From Girardia tigrina (Eukaryota): a stretch of DNA of 63,025 nt. The translations under genes were made by a program, and so were the position numbers. The notes beneath the pieces were generated by a model, which made no database searches, was not told the DNA's origin, and saw only the letters and a program-made list of their open reading frames with translations. Shown one piece after another: positions 1-12,190 of the stretch; the stretch's first letter is position 1, and each line of letters begins with the position of its first letter. The stretch covers positions 1-63,025 of the forward strand of contig MQRK01246857.1 in assembly GCA_001938485.1 (NCBI GenBank), given 5' to 3'.

Positions 1-453
1 TAAAAATTTTAAGTATTGAAATAACCTTACTTTGCCCATTCTGAATGTTAATTGATGGGTTGTAGTGTCTTATTAGTAGAGATTCACAAAACTGTCGTTC
101 GTAATGTGAATCAAAATTAGTAATGTGAATCTCTACTAATAAGACACTACAACCCATCAATTAACATTCAGAATGGGCAAAGTAAGGTTATTTCAATACA
201 TAAAATTTTTAATTAAAATACTTTTGCAATTATTACCCAATAATATTTTCATAAATAAAAATGTTTAATTTCTTCTTTACCTTTTAAAGTAAATTATATT
301 TATTAAAATTGTGAAAAATTGTATTATTCAAACAATTCAATAAACAATTGCTGATGATGATGTATATAAACATCGACACATGTCCAATAGTTGTATAAAA
401 AAAGCTTTAATCAAATTATATTTTCGAAATACTAAACTTGCGTTCACAAGACT

Positions 454-456
<3 letters not shown>
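1..456 (+). mobile_element. Penelope-like retroelement 3' end (family A) with inverted partial repeat
   Basis: 124-216 translates CESLLIRHYNPSINIQNGQSKVISIHKIFN*, similar to the GIY-YIG tail at 62585-62670. 1-88 is its reverse complement. Hammerhead motif at 347-388; abuts (AT)n. Confidence 0.75.
347..388 (+). ncRNA. Minimal type I hammerhead ribozyme motif, one core substitution
   Basis: attg-CTGATGA-T-GATGT(atataa)ACATC-GAcA-CATG-TC|caat: perfect stems I and II, palindromic stem III loop, GUC site; GAAA reads GACA. Confidence 0.75.
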
Positions 457-510
<54 letters not shown>

Positions 511-511
511 A
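457..511. repeat. (AT)n(GT)n microsatellite
   Basis: Seen directly. Similar tracts at 15296-15346, 37227-37348, 40343-40384, 44847-45005, 46320-46373, 51746-51942, 54897-55054. Confidence 0.95.
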
Positions 512-1600
512 TACGTGGTTCATCCAATAAGTACGCAAGCTGACAAAGAAAGCGAAATGCAAAAGAGCCACTTTTAGAACACAACAAGCATGAAGGTATC
601 ATTAATGTCGATTGTGCTCATAATTTAAATTTTCCTACACACATCTGCCAAAGAATAATCAACTGAGAAAACGCTTTTTTGAAAAATTCTAGGAAAGATG
701 CGGCGAAGAAATCCTTCATGGAAATCTTTAAATCGTCTTTTGATCCAAACTGTGGCTTCTCAATTGCTTCTTTACGTGTCAGAAGAGGTATAAATCTCTT
801 AGTGTCAAATCTGGGCTGTACAGTGTAGGATCTATAAGCACTATTCCAGCACCTTCAATTGTGGCCCAAGAAATACTTTCTGTATGCATTGGCACCTTGT
901 TGTGAAGAAACCATAAGGGCGTGTTCATATGCTTCCGTCTATTCTTTCTGGCAAATGCCACGATTTAGCTGTAATAGTCCAAATAGATGGGAATGTCTTT
1001 ATCGCGAAATACATGAGAATAACAAAAGTATGATTCCAAAAAATCGAAAGCATCATCACTCGTCAATGACTTGTCCCTGTTCGTATCTTCAAAGACTGCT
1101 TCCACTCTGCCGACTGACGCTTTGTTTCCGGAAAATAGATACTAAGTGGGGTTTGATCCTTCCTAATTAAATTTGACAGGAAAGTCTTACTATGATAGTC
1201 CCACAGGTTTAAGTTATCTTGACTGTACTCCAAGCGGTTTGGCATCATTTTACAAGTCAAGAAGCGGGATACAAATCTGGAGAACAGTTTTCTAATACCA
1301 ATAGATTTCAATTTGATGTGGGCCGTACCAACACTGATGTTGAACTTTGTTGACATCATTTTCGTGGTAATTTGACTCTCTTCTTGGACCATCTTCTCCA
1401 ATTTTTCATCAACTGTGTCAAAAATGTCTTGTGACCGACCGAATTTTGTAGATCAAAGACAAACCACATTTAATCGCCCTGAAAAAATTTTTATCAGTGG
1501 TCAGGGATATTGAGTCGAATAGGTAAGTTGACTGCAGAAGATAGTAGATGTCACTGCACGTATTCTTCTGCAACACAAAAAAGCTTGAAAACGTTGCAAT
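512..1600 (-). mobile_element. Degenerate mariner transposon
   Basis: ORFs 1063-1401 (KLFSRFVSRFLT, cf. WVPR motif) and 779-961 (LHNKVPMH..LYSPDLTLRDLYLF, cf. HDNA..H / YSPDLAP.D). TIR-like end at about 512; other end not found. Confidence 0.75.
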
Positions 1601-3231
1601 GTTCGATGTCTAAAATTCAAAATTTCTCAAAAATTTTTTAATGCGTTTGATAAAATAAAACAATTACTGAAATTAAAACTTATATTAACTAATTTAATCA
1701 CACAAAACAAATAAAATTTTATATTATTTTTTTTTACCTTATCTTGGGTACATATTGAAATATATATTCAACTTTTTAAATCAATAACGTCATCACAATT
1801 TAATAATTCTCATTATTTATTCCCATTTTATTATATTTATTTATATTCTATTGTTTTAAAATAACTTGATATAATATTATATTGACATTATAAAAATAGA
1901 TATGAAATAAATAATAATCTTTTAGAATGACAAAAAAAATCACAGTAAAACTAATAATTTTTTTCTTTAAATTATTTTATAATTATTTATTTTTTTCTTT
2001 TTTCCAATCGTGTCTTACATTGAGTCTGGACAACTAAATTAGATACTCGAGGAGAAACGATAATTGACAGTTCTTGCAGATGCCGAGTAGAAATTCCCCA
2101 AATCATGTGGAGATTCTTGGGTTATTTTGATGTAAACATTAGATATTCGAAGCATGATAAACACTTTCCTGATAATTTTTAATTTTATTTTGTTTAAAAC
2201 AGCTGTCGAGAGTATTAATAGTTTTTCATTTTCTCATAGTAATAAATATAAATAATAATATGAATATTGTGGGTAAAGTAAGCAATCACTTGTGTTGATG
2301 GAGTTGTTGTCTGAAAAGATTAAATGTTTGTAGGATAAATATTTGTTCATAAAAGAAAAAATGGCCTTTTGAAATAATTTTTGGTGGAGACTATTTTTAT
2401 TTTTAAGAAATTTTAATTAACAATAAAATAAACATTTTTTTTCAAGTTTGAATTTTAATTTTCAAATACTTTTAATCCCAAAATTCGACTTTTATTCTAA
2501 TCAAAGAACGTTTGTAAAGGTGAATCAAGTCAGCAGGTAAAGTAAATGGTTTTAACTTTGGAAATGTGTCCAAAAATTTGTACAGTACAAATTTGAAAAA
2601 AATATTTATAGATTTTTTTATTTTTTTTACTTTTTTCTTAATACATCTGTTTATGTTTGCAGTCAAAATAAGTTTATACTATCATAGTGTTAATTATATT
2701 TTAAAATGCATATCTTTAAAAGAATAGGTTTGATAAAAATTTTATGCTGAGCATTAGCAAAACTAACAGATATATCAAGAGAAATGAAAAAATTGAAAAA
2801 TCCATAAACTTTTTCCAAGACTGTAACTTAGGAAATAATAAAAGACATGAAAACAAACTTTAGTACTAAGATAACTTAAAATATATGGTCAGAAAATAAT
2901 ATATTACAGTTACGTAAAAATAAATATAATTATGAGAACAAAATTTTTACCTTTCTGTTAACAAAAAACTACTCCAAAATTCTAATTATCTCTACGGGAT
3001 TCGATTTGCATTATCATTACGATTACCGTCATAATTTTTGTTAGTCCCCGAATATTTTGTCAGAATTAAAATCGTTAATCCACATATCATCATATTTTAA
3101 ACTGAAATATCCCTTGCTCAACAAAGTAGTCCATTAAACTAATTCGCCCGAGATCCGGTTTGAATTGTTGATGTCGTAGATTTTCAACGTTTAAATCCAA
3201 AGTCTGCAGTGTATATATAGGTTACCTACTT

Positions 3232-3747
3232 GTTCCGTCTTGAAACACGGACCAAGGAGTTTTATATGATCGCGAGTCAAAGGGCTTTACAAAACCCCAC
3301 GGCGAAATTAATGTAAAGGTTCATTCCGTGAGCTGTGATGTGACCTTGTCCGGTTTTCCCGGACGAGTGCAACATCAATCCGTCTGAAGGTGTTCGCAAA
3401 TGGGCGGAGTTTGAGCGATCGTATAAAGACCCAACAGATGGTGAACTATGCTTGTGCAGGTTGAAGTCAGAGGAAACTCTGATGGAGGACCGCCGCGGTT
3501 CTGACGTGCATATCGATCGTCGGACATTAGTATAGGGCAAAAGACTAATCAAACCATCTATTAGCTGGTTCTTTCCAAAATTTCCCATAGGATAGCTGGC
3601 GTCGAAATGCTCTCAACTTATTCTCAAACTTTAAATGAGTTCGAAGTGCACCTCTCTTTAATATTTTTGTTGGAGGTGTACATCGAATACAAATGCCTAG
3701 TTGGCCATTTTTGGTAAGCAGAACTGGCGATGTCGGATGAACCAAAC
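3232..3747 (+). pseudogene. 28S (LSU) rRNA fragment, D3 region, with internal deletion
   Basis: Conserved LSU blocks ccgtcttgaaacacggaccaaggag, gatggtgaactatgc, ggttctgacgtgca, ggccatttttggtaagcagaactggcgatg. The segment expected before tattctcaaactttaaat (about 3610) is missing; isolated fragment. Confidence 0.9.
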
Positions 3748-3848
3748 ATATAACGTCAAACTAAAGGCAAAAATGAACAAAAATAAAATAAACATTAACT
3801 AATAAAAAACAAAATTTTAGACATTGATAATACTTAAAATGTTCTTAA

Positions 3849-4070
3849 CCCTTTCCAGGCCATTGTTGCCATATGGCAACATATTTGTAAAATTAAATTA
3901 CAGTTATCTCTTTTACACAATTTAATTTTTACACATAATAATAGTTTCTAAAAAGTCTAATAGATGACACTACATATATTAGAATGCAAAAAAGCGCGAT
4001 TCTCACTTGTTTCTTAGCAATTTAAATCACCATTGTAACGGATATTCAATGCTCCTTGGGCTGGAAAGGG
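3849..4070. mobile_element. piggyBac-type MITE
   Basis: TTAA|ccctttccag ... ctggaaaggg|CTAA; second, left-truncated copy at about 32977-33193 ending aaaggg|TTAA. Confidence 0.8.
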
Positions 4071-4586
4071 CTAAAACTTTAAATATTTTAATATAGTATA
4101 TTAAATTATTCTATTGAAGTCGAATTCAAGCAATCAATCTATAACAATACTTTGAAAATATTTAAGTAAAAACTATTAAATTCTAGTTTATTTATAAAAA
4201 TCATTTATATTTATTTAAATATCGAAATAATTACGGCAAGCTATTTTTAAAAGACGACCAACTCACATCAGAATATGGTGTCACCAATTTGGACGGATTC
4301 CGTTATATTCCTACAAAATCAACTATTATACAATTTAGGAATTACGAACTGTATATCATTTCGGTATATAATTGATGATATAAAAATACTTTCAATAAAT
4401 TTGAAGAAGATGGTGTTCATACATTGATTTTAGGACCATAAAATTTTATCATCAATGCTTTACACTCTCTGACATTCATCAATAAACCATGAAAAAAGAA
4501 TTTAAACAATCATCCTGATCAATCTATTCATAAAATTAAATTGTAAAGCGTAATCCAGATGAAGTATTGGAAAATGAAGATTATTA

Positions 4587-5872
4587 AGGACTGAGTGCGA
4601 AAAATATTACTAACTTTAAATCTTTATAACTCCAACATAAATTCACAAATTACAAAAAACTAATCAAGTAGGCTGTTGTTTGAATAAATCAAAATAAAAT
4701 TTATTTTAGTATTCATTTTTAAATTTCATTTTTATGAATATGTCGTCAGAAACAGGAAGTCACGAATTAATTATTTGTTTATTTCAAGACAATCCAGAAT
4801 CAAGTCAGAAAACAATTGCCAGGAAGACAAAGGTTTGTCACAAAACAGTTTCTAACGTTATTATTAACTTCAATGAGAACTTGAACGTTATTAGAAAACT
4901 TGGTTCAAGAAGAAGAAAGGGTTTTTTGTGTACACAGAAAATGAAAAATGTAAAGGCCCTGTTAGAGAGAAATCCTCGTCTATCAAATCGAAAACTGACG
5001 GTAAAGGCAAATTGTAGCAAGAAAACAGTTCGGAAAATTAAACAGTCTGTAGGTTTAAAAACGTATGAAGTTCAAACATTACCAGACCGGAACGCTAACA
5101 AGAACGCAAAGGCGCAGCAGCGAGCCAGAAAGTTTAAATCTGGTTTTATTGCGAAGAACAAATGTTGCAATATGGATGATGAGACTTATGTGCGCTGCGA
5201 GTTTTCCTGGACAAGAATTTTACTCTACAACGAAGAAAGGAGGAGTTGAAGAAAATTTAGAAGCAAGAAAAAATCTAAGTTTCCCAAAAAATTTCTTGTT
5301 TGGTAGACTATATGTGGATGCGGGAAAATGAGTAAATGCTTTGTCACATCTGGCACAATAAACACAGAAGTCTATGTGAATGAGTGCTTGCAAAAGCGTT
5401 TATTACCATTCATAAGTCAGTATGGAGTTCTTACTTTCTTTTAGCCGGATTTGGCATCGTGCCACTATAGTAAGGCAGCCAAGAAGTGGTACGAAGACAA
5501 TAACATCGATTTGGTGCAAAAGAGAGGCAAACCCACCAAATTGTTCAGATCTTCGCCCAATCGAAAGATATTGGACCCTGGTAAAAAAGGAAATTGAAGA
5601 TCACAAACAAGCGGGCACAGACAATTGCAGATTTTCGGAAGAAGTAAAATAATGCAGCCAAAAACGTGACAGAAACTACATTTACAAGTCTAATGGCAGG
5701 CATTCCGGAAAAGCTCACTGAATTTATTAAAAAAATAAATAATCTTTCTTAGCTTACTAAAATTATCTTGAATTAAACACATTTTTCAAAACAGTCGGTA
5801 ATTTTTCAATCAAAAATATTGTTTTGAAGATAGAGGATTTAAAAGTTAGTAATAATTTTCGCACTTAGTCCT
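4587..5872 (+). mobile_element. Tc1/mariner-superfamily DD37E element, full length, disrupted transposase
   Basis: TA TSDs; TIR aggactgagtgcgaaaa / ttttcgcacttagtcct. Motifs MDDETYV, PDLASCHY, NPPNCSDLRPIE, with 37 residues between the second D and the E after correcting one frameshift. Confidence 0.9.
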
Positions 5873-5999
5873 TAGTTCAGACAGGAAGGTTCAAAACCTT
5901 ATCATATTCAAAATATGTTCTATTTTTATCGAAATACTTTGTATATTTTTATTCAAATGTAGAACCGAATATCTAATTTAAATTCCTATTGTTTGATTC

Positions 6000-7690
6000 A
6001 CCCGTGAGGATGAGGGAAAAGTAGATTCGAAAGTTGTTTTTAAAAGTAAAAGGAAAGAAATATAGACTGAACTCAGTAATGGATCGTTCAAAGTGGATCA
6101 ATCAATCATTTTGTTAAATCGTCGAGCATGATATCGAGTGCTCAATAACATCAACAATCGATCAGAATTTCCGTGAAGCCTGTCGATTAATTCAATCAAT
6201 CTCTCATCTCTGTCAACAAAGTGTCGCTTTCGAAACTAAAAATATTGTTGCACCATAAACGTTAATAAAAATCTGTAAGCTCTTTTAATTGTTGCTACAA
6301 AACCCAAGGAATGTGTCATTAAAATGAAAATTCTAATTACAGTGGGATTCGTTGTCAATCAAACCTAGTTGATCATCGAATAAAATTAACAACTTCCGAG
6401 ACTCAACTGAATTCTGCCGTTAGCGTTAATGTGAATATCGAATCTTCGGAACCTAGAAAATTTATCAAAGACGATATTGAGAGGAACATTGAAAGCAGGA
6501 AGCCATATCAATACAGTCACAGTAAAGAAATCGCTAAAAAAAGAAGTAGCAAAACAGTCAAGTATCAGTCATCCGAAATCAGCATTTTCAGCGTCAACAA
6601 ATTCCCATAGTCGATTATCACTGATTGAATACTAGCGCAAAATCTAACTTAGCTCGATCAAATCTATCCGAAAACATTGATTTTGGTTGGAGGAAAGACG
6701 AAAAAAGATTACCGCGTCTGTTTCCCGTTTTACTGAAACATTCAGTCCAAGCACAAAACAGTATTGATGAGTCGATTGATTGAAGCCTATTTAGTTCCAC
6801 TAACTCAAAAATTTGAATCAAACTGCAGTACGGTAGTCGATATTGAAAACCAATCCGCTCGGAGCGTCACTCCCGTCCCAAGCGTCATTGAACCGATCAG
6901 CAATCTTAACGCAGTCTTCAAATTCCATAGAATGATGAGATTATTGCATTAAATAAAATATCAGTCATAAAAAGAAAAAAATTTTATTATCACTATACAT
7001 ATTCATTTATTTTGAGCTGCCCAATTTTTCATTATATGTGGACTTTATTGGACCGATGAGATCATTGATTGATTACTGTTTGAGTATTCCGTTCGAAGAG
7101 TTTATAAATATTTTTAAACATGTAATTTATAAATAAATTTTCAAAAAAAAATAAATATGAGAAAAAAAATTAAATTATACAATAAAAGACTTATATAATT
7201 CGACAAAAAAGAAGAATATAAAAAATAGATCAATGTCATAAATAAAAATTATAAAAAAAGAAAGAAATCAATAAAATAATGATTAAGCAAAAAATGTTTT
7301 TGTTTGAATTGATCAATTTGTTGTGTAGTTGTAAATACGCGGAAAACAATTTGAAAAATGAATAAAGGATTAATACGTGATTGATTTTGTTCTTTTTTTG
7401 ATTTCAATCACTTTATTGCTTTTGTCAACGAGAAAATTATGAAAACCATTAATTACGTTGTTGTCGATTCGGGTTCGAATATAAAAGGAGCGATCTTAGA
7501 AAATGTTAGAAAACACTCGATCACCGAACCCGGGGTCATCAGAGAGATTTGAAATTTAAAGACACCAGAAAATTCGTTATATACCGCCGCATTTCTTCTC
7601 TATCCATTCGCCGAGTAAGGAGACACGTAGTGTCTGTGTATAGAGACAAATGTGTCCTGAAGAGCGCTTTAAATTAGTTAAAAATCGATT
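6000..7690 (+). mobile_element. Highly degenerate hAT transposase relics
   Basis: DFGWRKDEKRLPRLFPV (about 6680-6730, dimerisation-domain-like), INYVVVDSGSNIKGAI (about 7448-7497, cf. TDNGSN), YTAAFLLYPF (about 7580-7610). Confidence 0.4.
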
Positions 7691-8126
7691 CAATCGATAA
7701 GCCCGAATGCGAATTAAATGAAAACATCAATCGAATCGATTATCGATGACAATGGAAGGATTACAATCCATAATTTCAATGACAGGAAATCGGAGCCGGA
7801 GTTAGAGTCAGTGAGTGCGGACTCGGTGACGACGATCGGTTGTTTACCTACCGATTATGCAATGCAGAACACTTTGCTATAGATGGGAGTAAAGATCTTG
7901 TCCATGGATTAAGAGCCGCGCATATTTGTCCCATACTGCCGGTCCAGCTTCAAACAGTTCCATCGCACCGATATCATCTTCTGTCCGCATTGTGGTAGCT
8001 CAAATTTCGGCAAGGTACCCGCACAGATCAAACAGGGCGGACAAATCAAGGTCTTTCTCAAGAAAAATTTCCAACCGAATTTGCGAAACAACTTTCTCGA
8101 TTCCCACTCCAAAAGATGGAAAGCAT
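7690..8126 (+). pseudogene. NOB1: NOB1 (18S rRNA endonuclease) C-terminal fragment
   Basis: IGCLPTDYAMQNTLL*MGVKILSMD (cf. VGCLTTDFAMQNVLLQMGL), zinc ribbon CRSSFK..IIFCPHCGS, and FSIPTPKDGKH (cf. YSLPTPKGGK). TAG at 7880-7882, plus a deletion and a frameshift. Confidence 0.85.
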
Positions 8127-8129
8127 CGC

Positions 8130-8364
8130 GACGAAAAAGAACAACAATGCATTTTCCGAGTGATTTCGTCTATGATGTTGATGGAAAATGTGGAGTTAAA
8201 GTAAGATCGCAATTCAGATCAGGCCACTCTTCCTGATAACTCTGTTGCTAAAAAATTTGCTCATTTGCTTGGACTACAAGTCATTGAAACGACAAAAGCG
8301 TTTTTAAAGCCGAGAAATGGTGTTGAAAGTTCAAACAAAAGAGCAATCTGAGGTTTCAATTGAA
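8130..8364 (+). pseudogene. Non-muscle myosin II heavy chain (MYH9/10/zipper-like) motor-domain fragment
   Basis: EQQCIFRVISSMMLMENVELK*DRNSDQATLPDNSVAKKFAHLLGLQVIETTKAFLKPR..KVQTKEQSEVSIE (cf. [40 protein letters not shown]). Confidence 0.85.
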
Positions 8365-9029
8365 AAAATCATTGTGTTTTTGTTTTATTTCTCCCCCTCG
8401 TCCCAGGGTCTACACATCCCCAGCTCCAGGGATCAGCAGCCACACTGTGCTCACACTCTTGCAATCAACACCTATGACTATTTTTTAACTTAATAGACGA
8501 ATTAAGTTTATCAAAATCAAACATCAAAAATTAACGATCAAAAAGTGGAGATTGAACGTCAAATTAAAGCAATTCATAATGAACAGTTGAAGAAAACCGT
8601 TAAAAATTTCGAAAATTAGCTTCATATTATTAATGGTACAGATGACAGTCATTTTGAAACTCATTTATATTGAATAAATCATATTTTTAATTAATTTTCT
8701 AATTAGAGATATAATACAATCTTTTATCTCTAACCAATTACAGATTTAGAATCAGAATAAGAAATTTCACAACTGAGTCCCCTGTGATGATCAATTTACA
8801 AAATATGTAATTTGACCTTCATTGGCGAAATCTGCGTACTCGATTTGACAAACAGAAATTGGAAAAAACAAACATCAAAACATTTTGACATCATAATCTT
8901 TGCAAATTTTAGAAACAATCAAAACTTAACATATTGTTTTTTTGTATTTTAGTTTATTATTTTATTATTTGACACGTTTATTTAAAACAACTATGTTCTA
9001 CAGAAATTAAAAAAATAATTATAACCTTA

Positions 9030-9700
9030 TAAAAGGGCTGACCTATTACACTTTTGAAGAGGTCGATTGCTGATGCTCATGTGATAGTCACTAATGTAAG
9101 AAAACGGCCTGGATGTTGGAATGTCAAGATATGAAAGAAAAGGAAATATTTCCTTAGAAAAGCACAGGTCTAACAAAACTTCAGAGTCGTCTCAGGGACC
9201 GTCAGACTTAAAATCAAATGGTTAGATGGGATCCATTCTAAAAACCATTCAAAGATTAACAAACACACATAGAACTTAATTTACACAAAGAATGTTTCTC
9301 GGAAGCTACACTGTCAAGCTGCAATTAGAAAACCTCTGCTTGCAAAGACAAATGTTTTGAAGCGTTTAGAATTGTATTCAAACCGCCACAATTGATCATT
9401 CAAGCAGTTGAAAAATTTAATTTTCTGTAATTTTCGACAAAAGTATTTGATCTAGAATACTTTATTCTAACCGTAAAATTTGTGATGATCTAGGGTGCAA
9501 TTTCTTGGAAATTTGCTGGTTCAATGATTTTCTTTTATAGAAAAATTAACAGGTGAGACTTTTTAGATAATTCGGGTGACCCAATTCATCCTTTGGTTCA
9601 AGAACTATTTCCAGGATGGAACACCATCTTACAAGATGATAATTAACAAATCCATACAACAAAAATTGTTAAAGAATGACATGAGTAAGATTCTTATGTA
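9030..9700 (+). mobile_element. Degenerate Tc1 transposase relic
   Basis: AAIRKPLLAKTNVLKRL, VMI*GAISW, ILQDDN*QIHTTKIVKE. Confidence 0.65.
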
Positions 9701-9916
9701 CTTTATATGATTTCTGCTTTTTAAAAAAATTAAAAAATATACCGTTTAAGATTGACATTTTTCTAAATAAGATTTTTTATAAATTATTTTTTCAAATAAA
9801 ACTAAAATAAATATAAACTGTACAAAATTTTCATTATTACGAATTTTAAATCCGTCATAGATATACGATTAAGAAAACAAAATTATCTTTCAAAGCTTTG
9901 CTAGCTTAAAATTGGT

Positions 9917-10164
9917 GCTAGGAAAAAAACATCGCAGGACAAAATGTCACAGGATAAAACGTCACTAGGGCGGAACATCACATGGAAAAAACATCACAAA
10001 TAACTAAATAAATTTAAATAAATCATATAACTCTCACTAGAACGATAACCCCTAATGTTAACTCTAACCTAAGTTTTTTTTATTTATTTAGTTATTTATG
10101 ACCTTTTTGTCCTGTGACGTTTTATCCTGACGTTTTGTCATGTGATGTTTTGTCCTGTCACCCT
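9917..10164. mobile_element. Small foldback/MITE with 15-bp subterminal repeats and taaccc-like core
   Basis: Repeats caggacaaaatgtca/caggataaaacgtca on the left mirrored by tgacgttttatcctg/tgatgttttgtcctg on the right; aaataactaaataaa and tttatttagttattt are inverted. Confidence 0.7.
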
Positions 10165-11153
10165 TCATATTTAAACCATTGGTATAAAAGTGACCATGTG
10201 ACCATGGAGACATTTTGAAGTCAAATAAGACATGATTTTTCAATGTGCTACGGTTCATAAATTTTCTTGATGATTTTCATATTCTTACAAGTTGTTTTTT
10301 CAATTGAAAACATCTAAGACGTAAAGGACAAATTGTTAAAGCCTTAAAAATGTTTAAAAAATAACTGGATAGTTTTTTTGTCAACGCTTCAGTTGGTCAT
10401 TTGATCTTTCTTTCCAATTTTAATCTGCATTTTAAAGAATTTCCATCAATATAGCTTTCTTTTAACATAAAATAAATAAAATTCTAGACTCAAAGACGTA
10501 ACCTTATTGAGTTAGTTCTATTTACAAGTAAAACATGTAATAAAACATTAATTGGAAAATATTTTAACATCCTTTTTTATTAAAATTTTTCAGTCAAAAT
10601 TTTAAAAAAAAAAATTTTTTAAACATTATTTATTTTTTTAAATATTATTTATTTAAATAAATAATTTGATTAAATTTGCTTTATAAAATCTGAATAGATC
10701 AAAACACTAATAAAATAATATTACAATTTTCGTATCATCAAATAAAAATTTTAATTTCACACTTTTTTGATAATATTTTTAGTATCAAATTATAAATTTG
10801 TATTGAAAAATAAATAATTTAATAAAAATATTTTGATTAAATGAATTAATTCATCATCCAACAATGCCCTGAAATACAAAATAAATATTTTAATCATAAT
10901 ACTAATAAATAAGGTATAACCTTGTAACATATTAAGATAAAGATTGAAAAGTCAAATGGAATAGAAATAAGATTTTGAGAGTAATAAATATAGGGTAAAG
11001 GGATTCATAAACAACAATAGGATAGATTTAAAAGATGCTTCATGGAAAGATATATAAACATGGGAAATTACTACTTAAAATGATAAGTAGAATAATTAGA
11101 CAATAATTTACAAATTTTTTTTTACAAAAATTAAAAATTAAAGCCATTTTTAC

Positions 11154-11346
11154 CTCCAGGCCTTACTATGATAGGAAAGGGATCACTAACTGGTCCAGGA
11201 CCAGCTTTATTAACGGCATTGACCTTGATATGATATGTTTGACTGGTCATGAGGTCTTTTATGTTAACGTAGGTACGAGATGTTTCTGATTTTTGCCATT
11301 GATTTATTGGCTGAATCGCTATCCGTGTATAGTAAACATTGTAACC
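11154..11346 (-). CDS. Lar: Exon of LAR-like RPTP gene; C-half of second FN3 domain
   Basis: Acceptor ttttacag|, donor |gtaaaa; 193 nt, phase 0-1. Encodes GYNVYYTRIAIQPINQWQKSETSRTYVNIKDLMTSQTYHIKVNAVNKAGPGPVSDPFPIIVRPG, which completes the domain begun at 41582 (cf. LAR GYRVYYT...W...L....TY..KV.A....G.GP.S). Not in the ORF track. Confidence 0.85.
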
Positions 11347-11639
11347 CTGTAAAATTATTTAATATTATTAAATTTTTCAGAATACCAAAAAGATTAATTA
11401 ACGTAATAATTCAATATTAAATTGAAATTGATCAAACAAGTAAACTGAGTTATCTATTATAGTATAGATGTTTAATTATAGTTTTACATGCCAGGTGTTG
11501 TGAAAGGACTTTGTTGAATTTTGACACTAGATTTAAGGATTTTAAGCTGATATGTAGCATTTTATTTGTATTTGGTTCAGAGATTATAATTATTGAAATT
11601 TTTTTTAAAACTAAAACTTTGATTTTTAATTTTATCAAT

Positions 11640-12050
11640 ACGGTGTACCATGTCTTACGCCTAAGGCCGTCAAAATGTTATTGAAGAATAAAACCGTATT
11701 TTTACAACCAAATACAATTAACCACCATCTTCATCAGATGTGAATCCTCTAGATTACTTCATATGGGTGCTTGTAGAGAGGGAAGCATATCGTTCTCGTC
11801 AAATACGTGTCAATGTCTCAGGGAATTCCGTTGCAAAGATCTAATAGAATCTGCTATATTCGTTCGCGTTGAAAGCCTATGTCGCATTCAGAAAATGGCT
11901 GGAAGTCATTGTGCATGAGGGAGGCGATCACTTAAAGCAGTTCTATTTACTCGAATCTTTTATATTTTGTAGAATATGTTTTGTCTGTTTGAAGTGCTTT
12001 TTTCGACCACAATTTCACAACATCCGGTATTTTTTAATTGATGATCTCTA
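11640..12050 (+). mobile_element. maT/DD37D-like transposase 3' relic
   Basis: PPSSSDVNPLDYFIWVLVEREAY at about 11722-11790. Confidence 0.6.
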
Positions 12051-12190
12051 AAAATAAATAAATAAATATTAAAAGATAAAAAATTACTTAATCCTAGTCT
12101 CATCAAATATGGGTCATAATATGAATCTATGTAAGATTCTTTTTTGGTACAATACATTTTATATTGAAAATGTACAATGTCTACCTTATA

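Noticed and set aside
3277-3745. ORFs 3277-3588 and 3545-3745 as proteins
   Set aside because: Antisense shadows of the 28S rRNA fragment.
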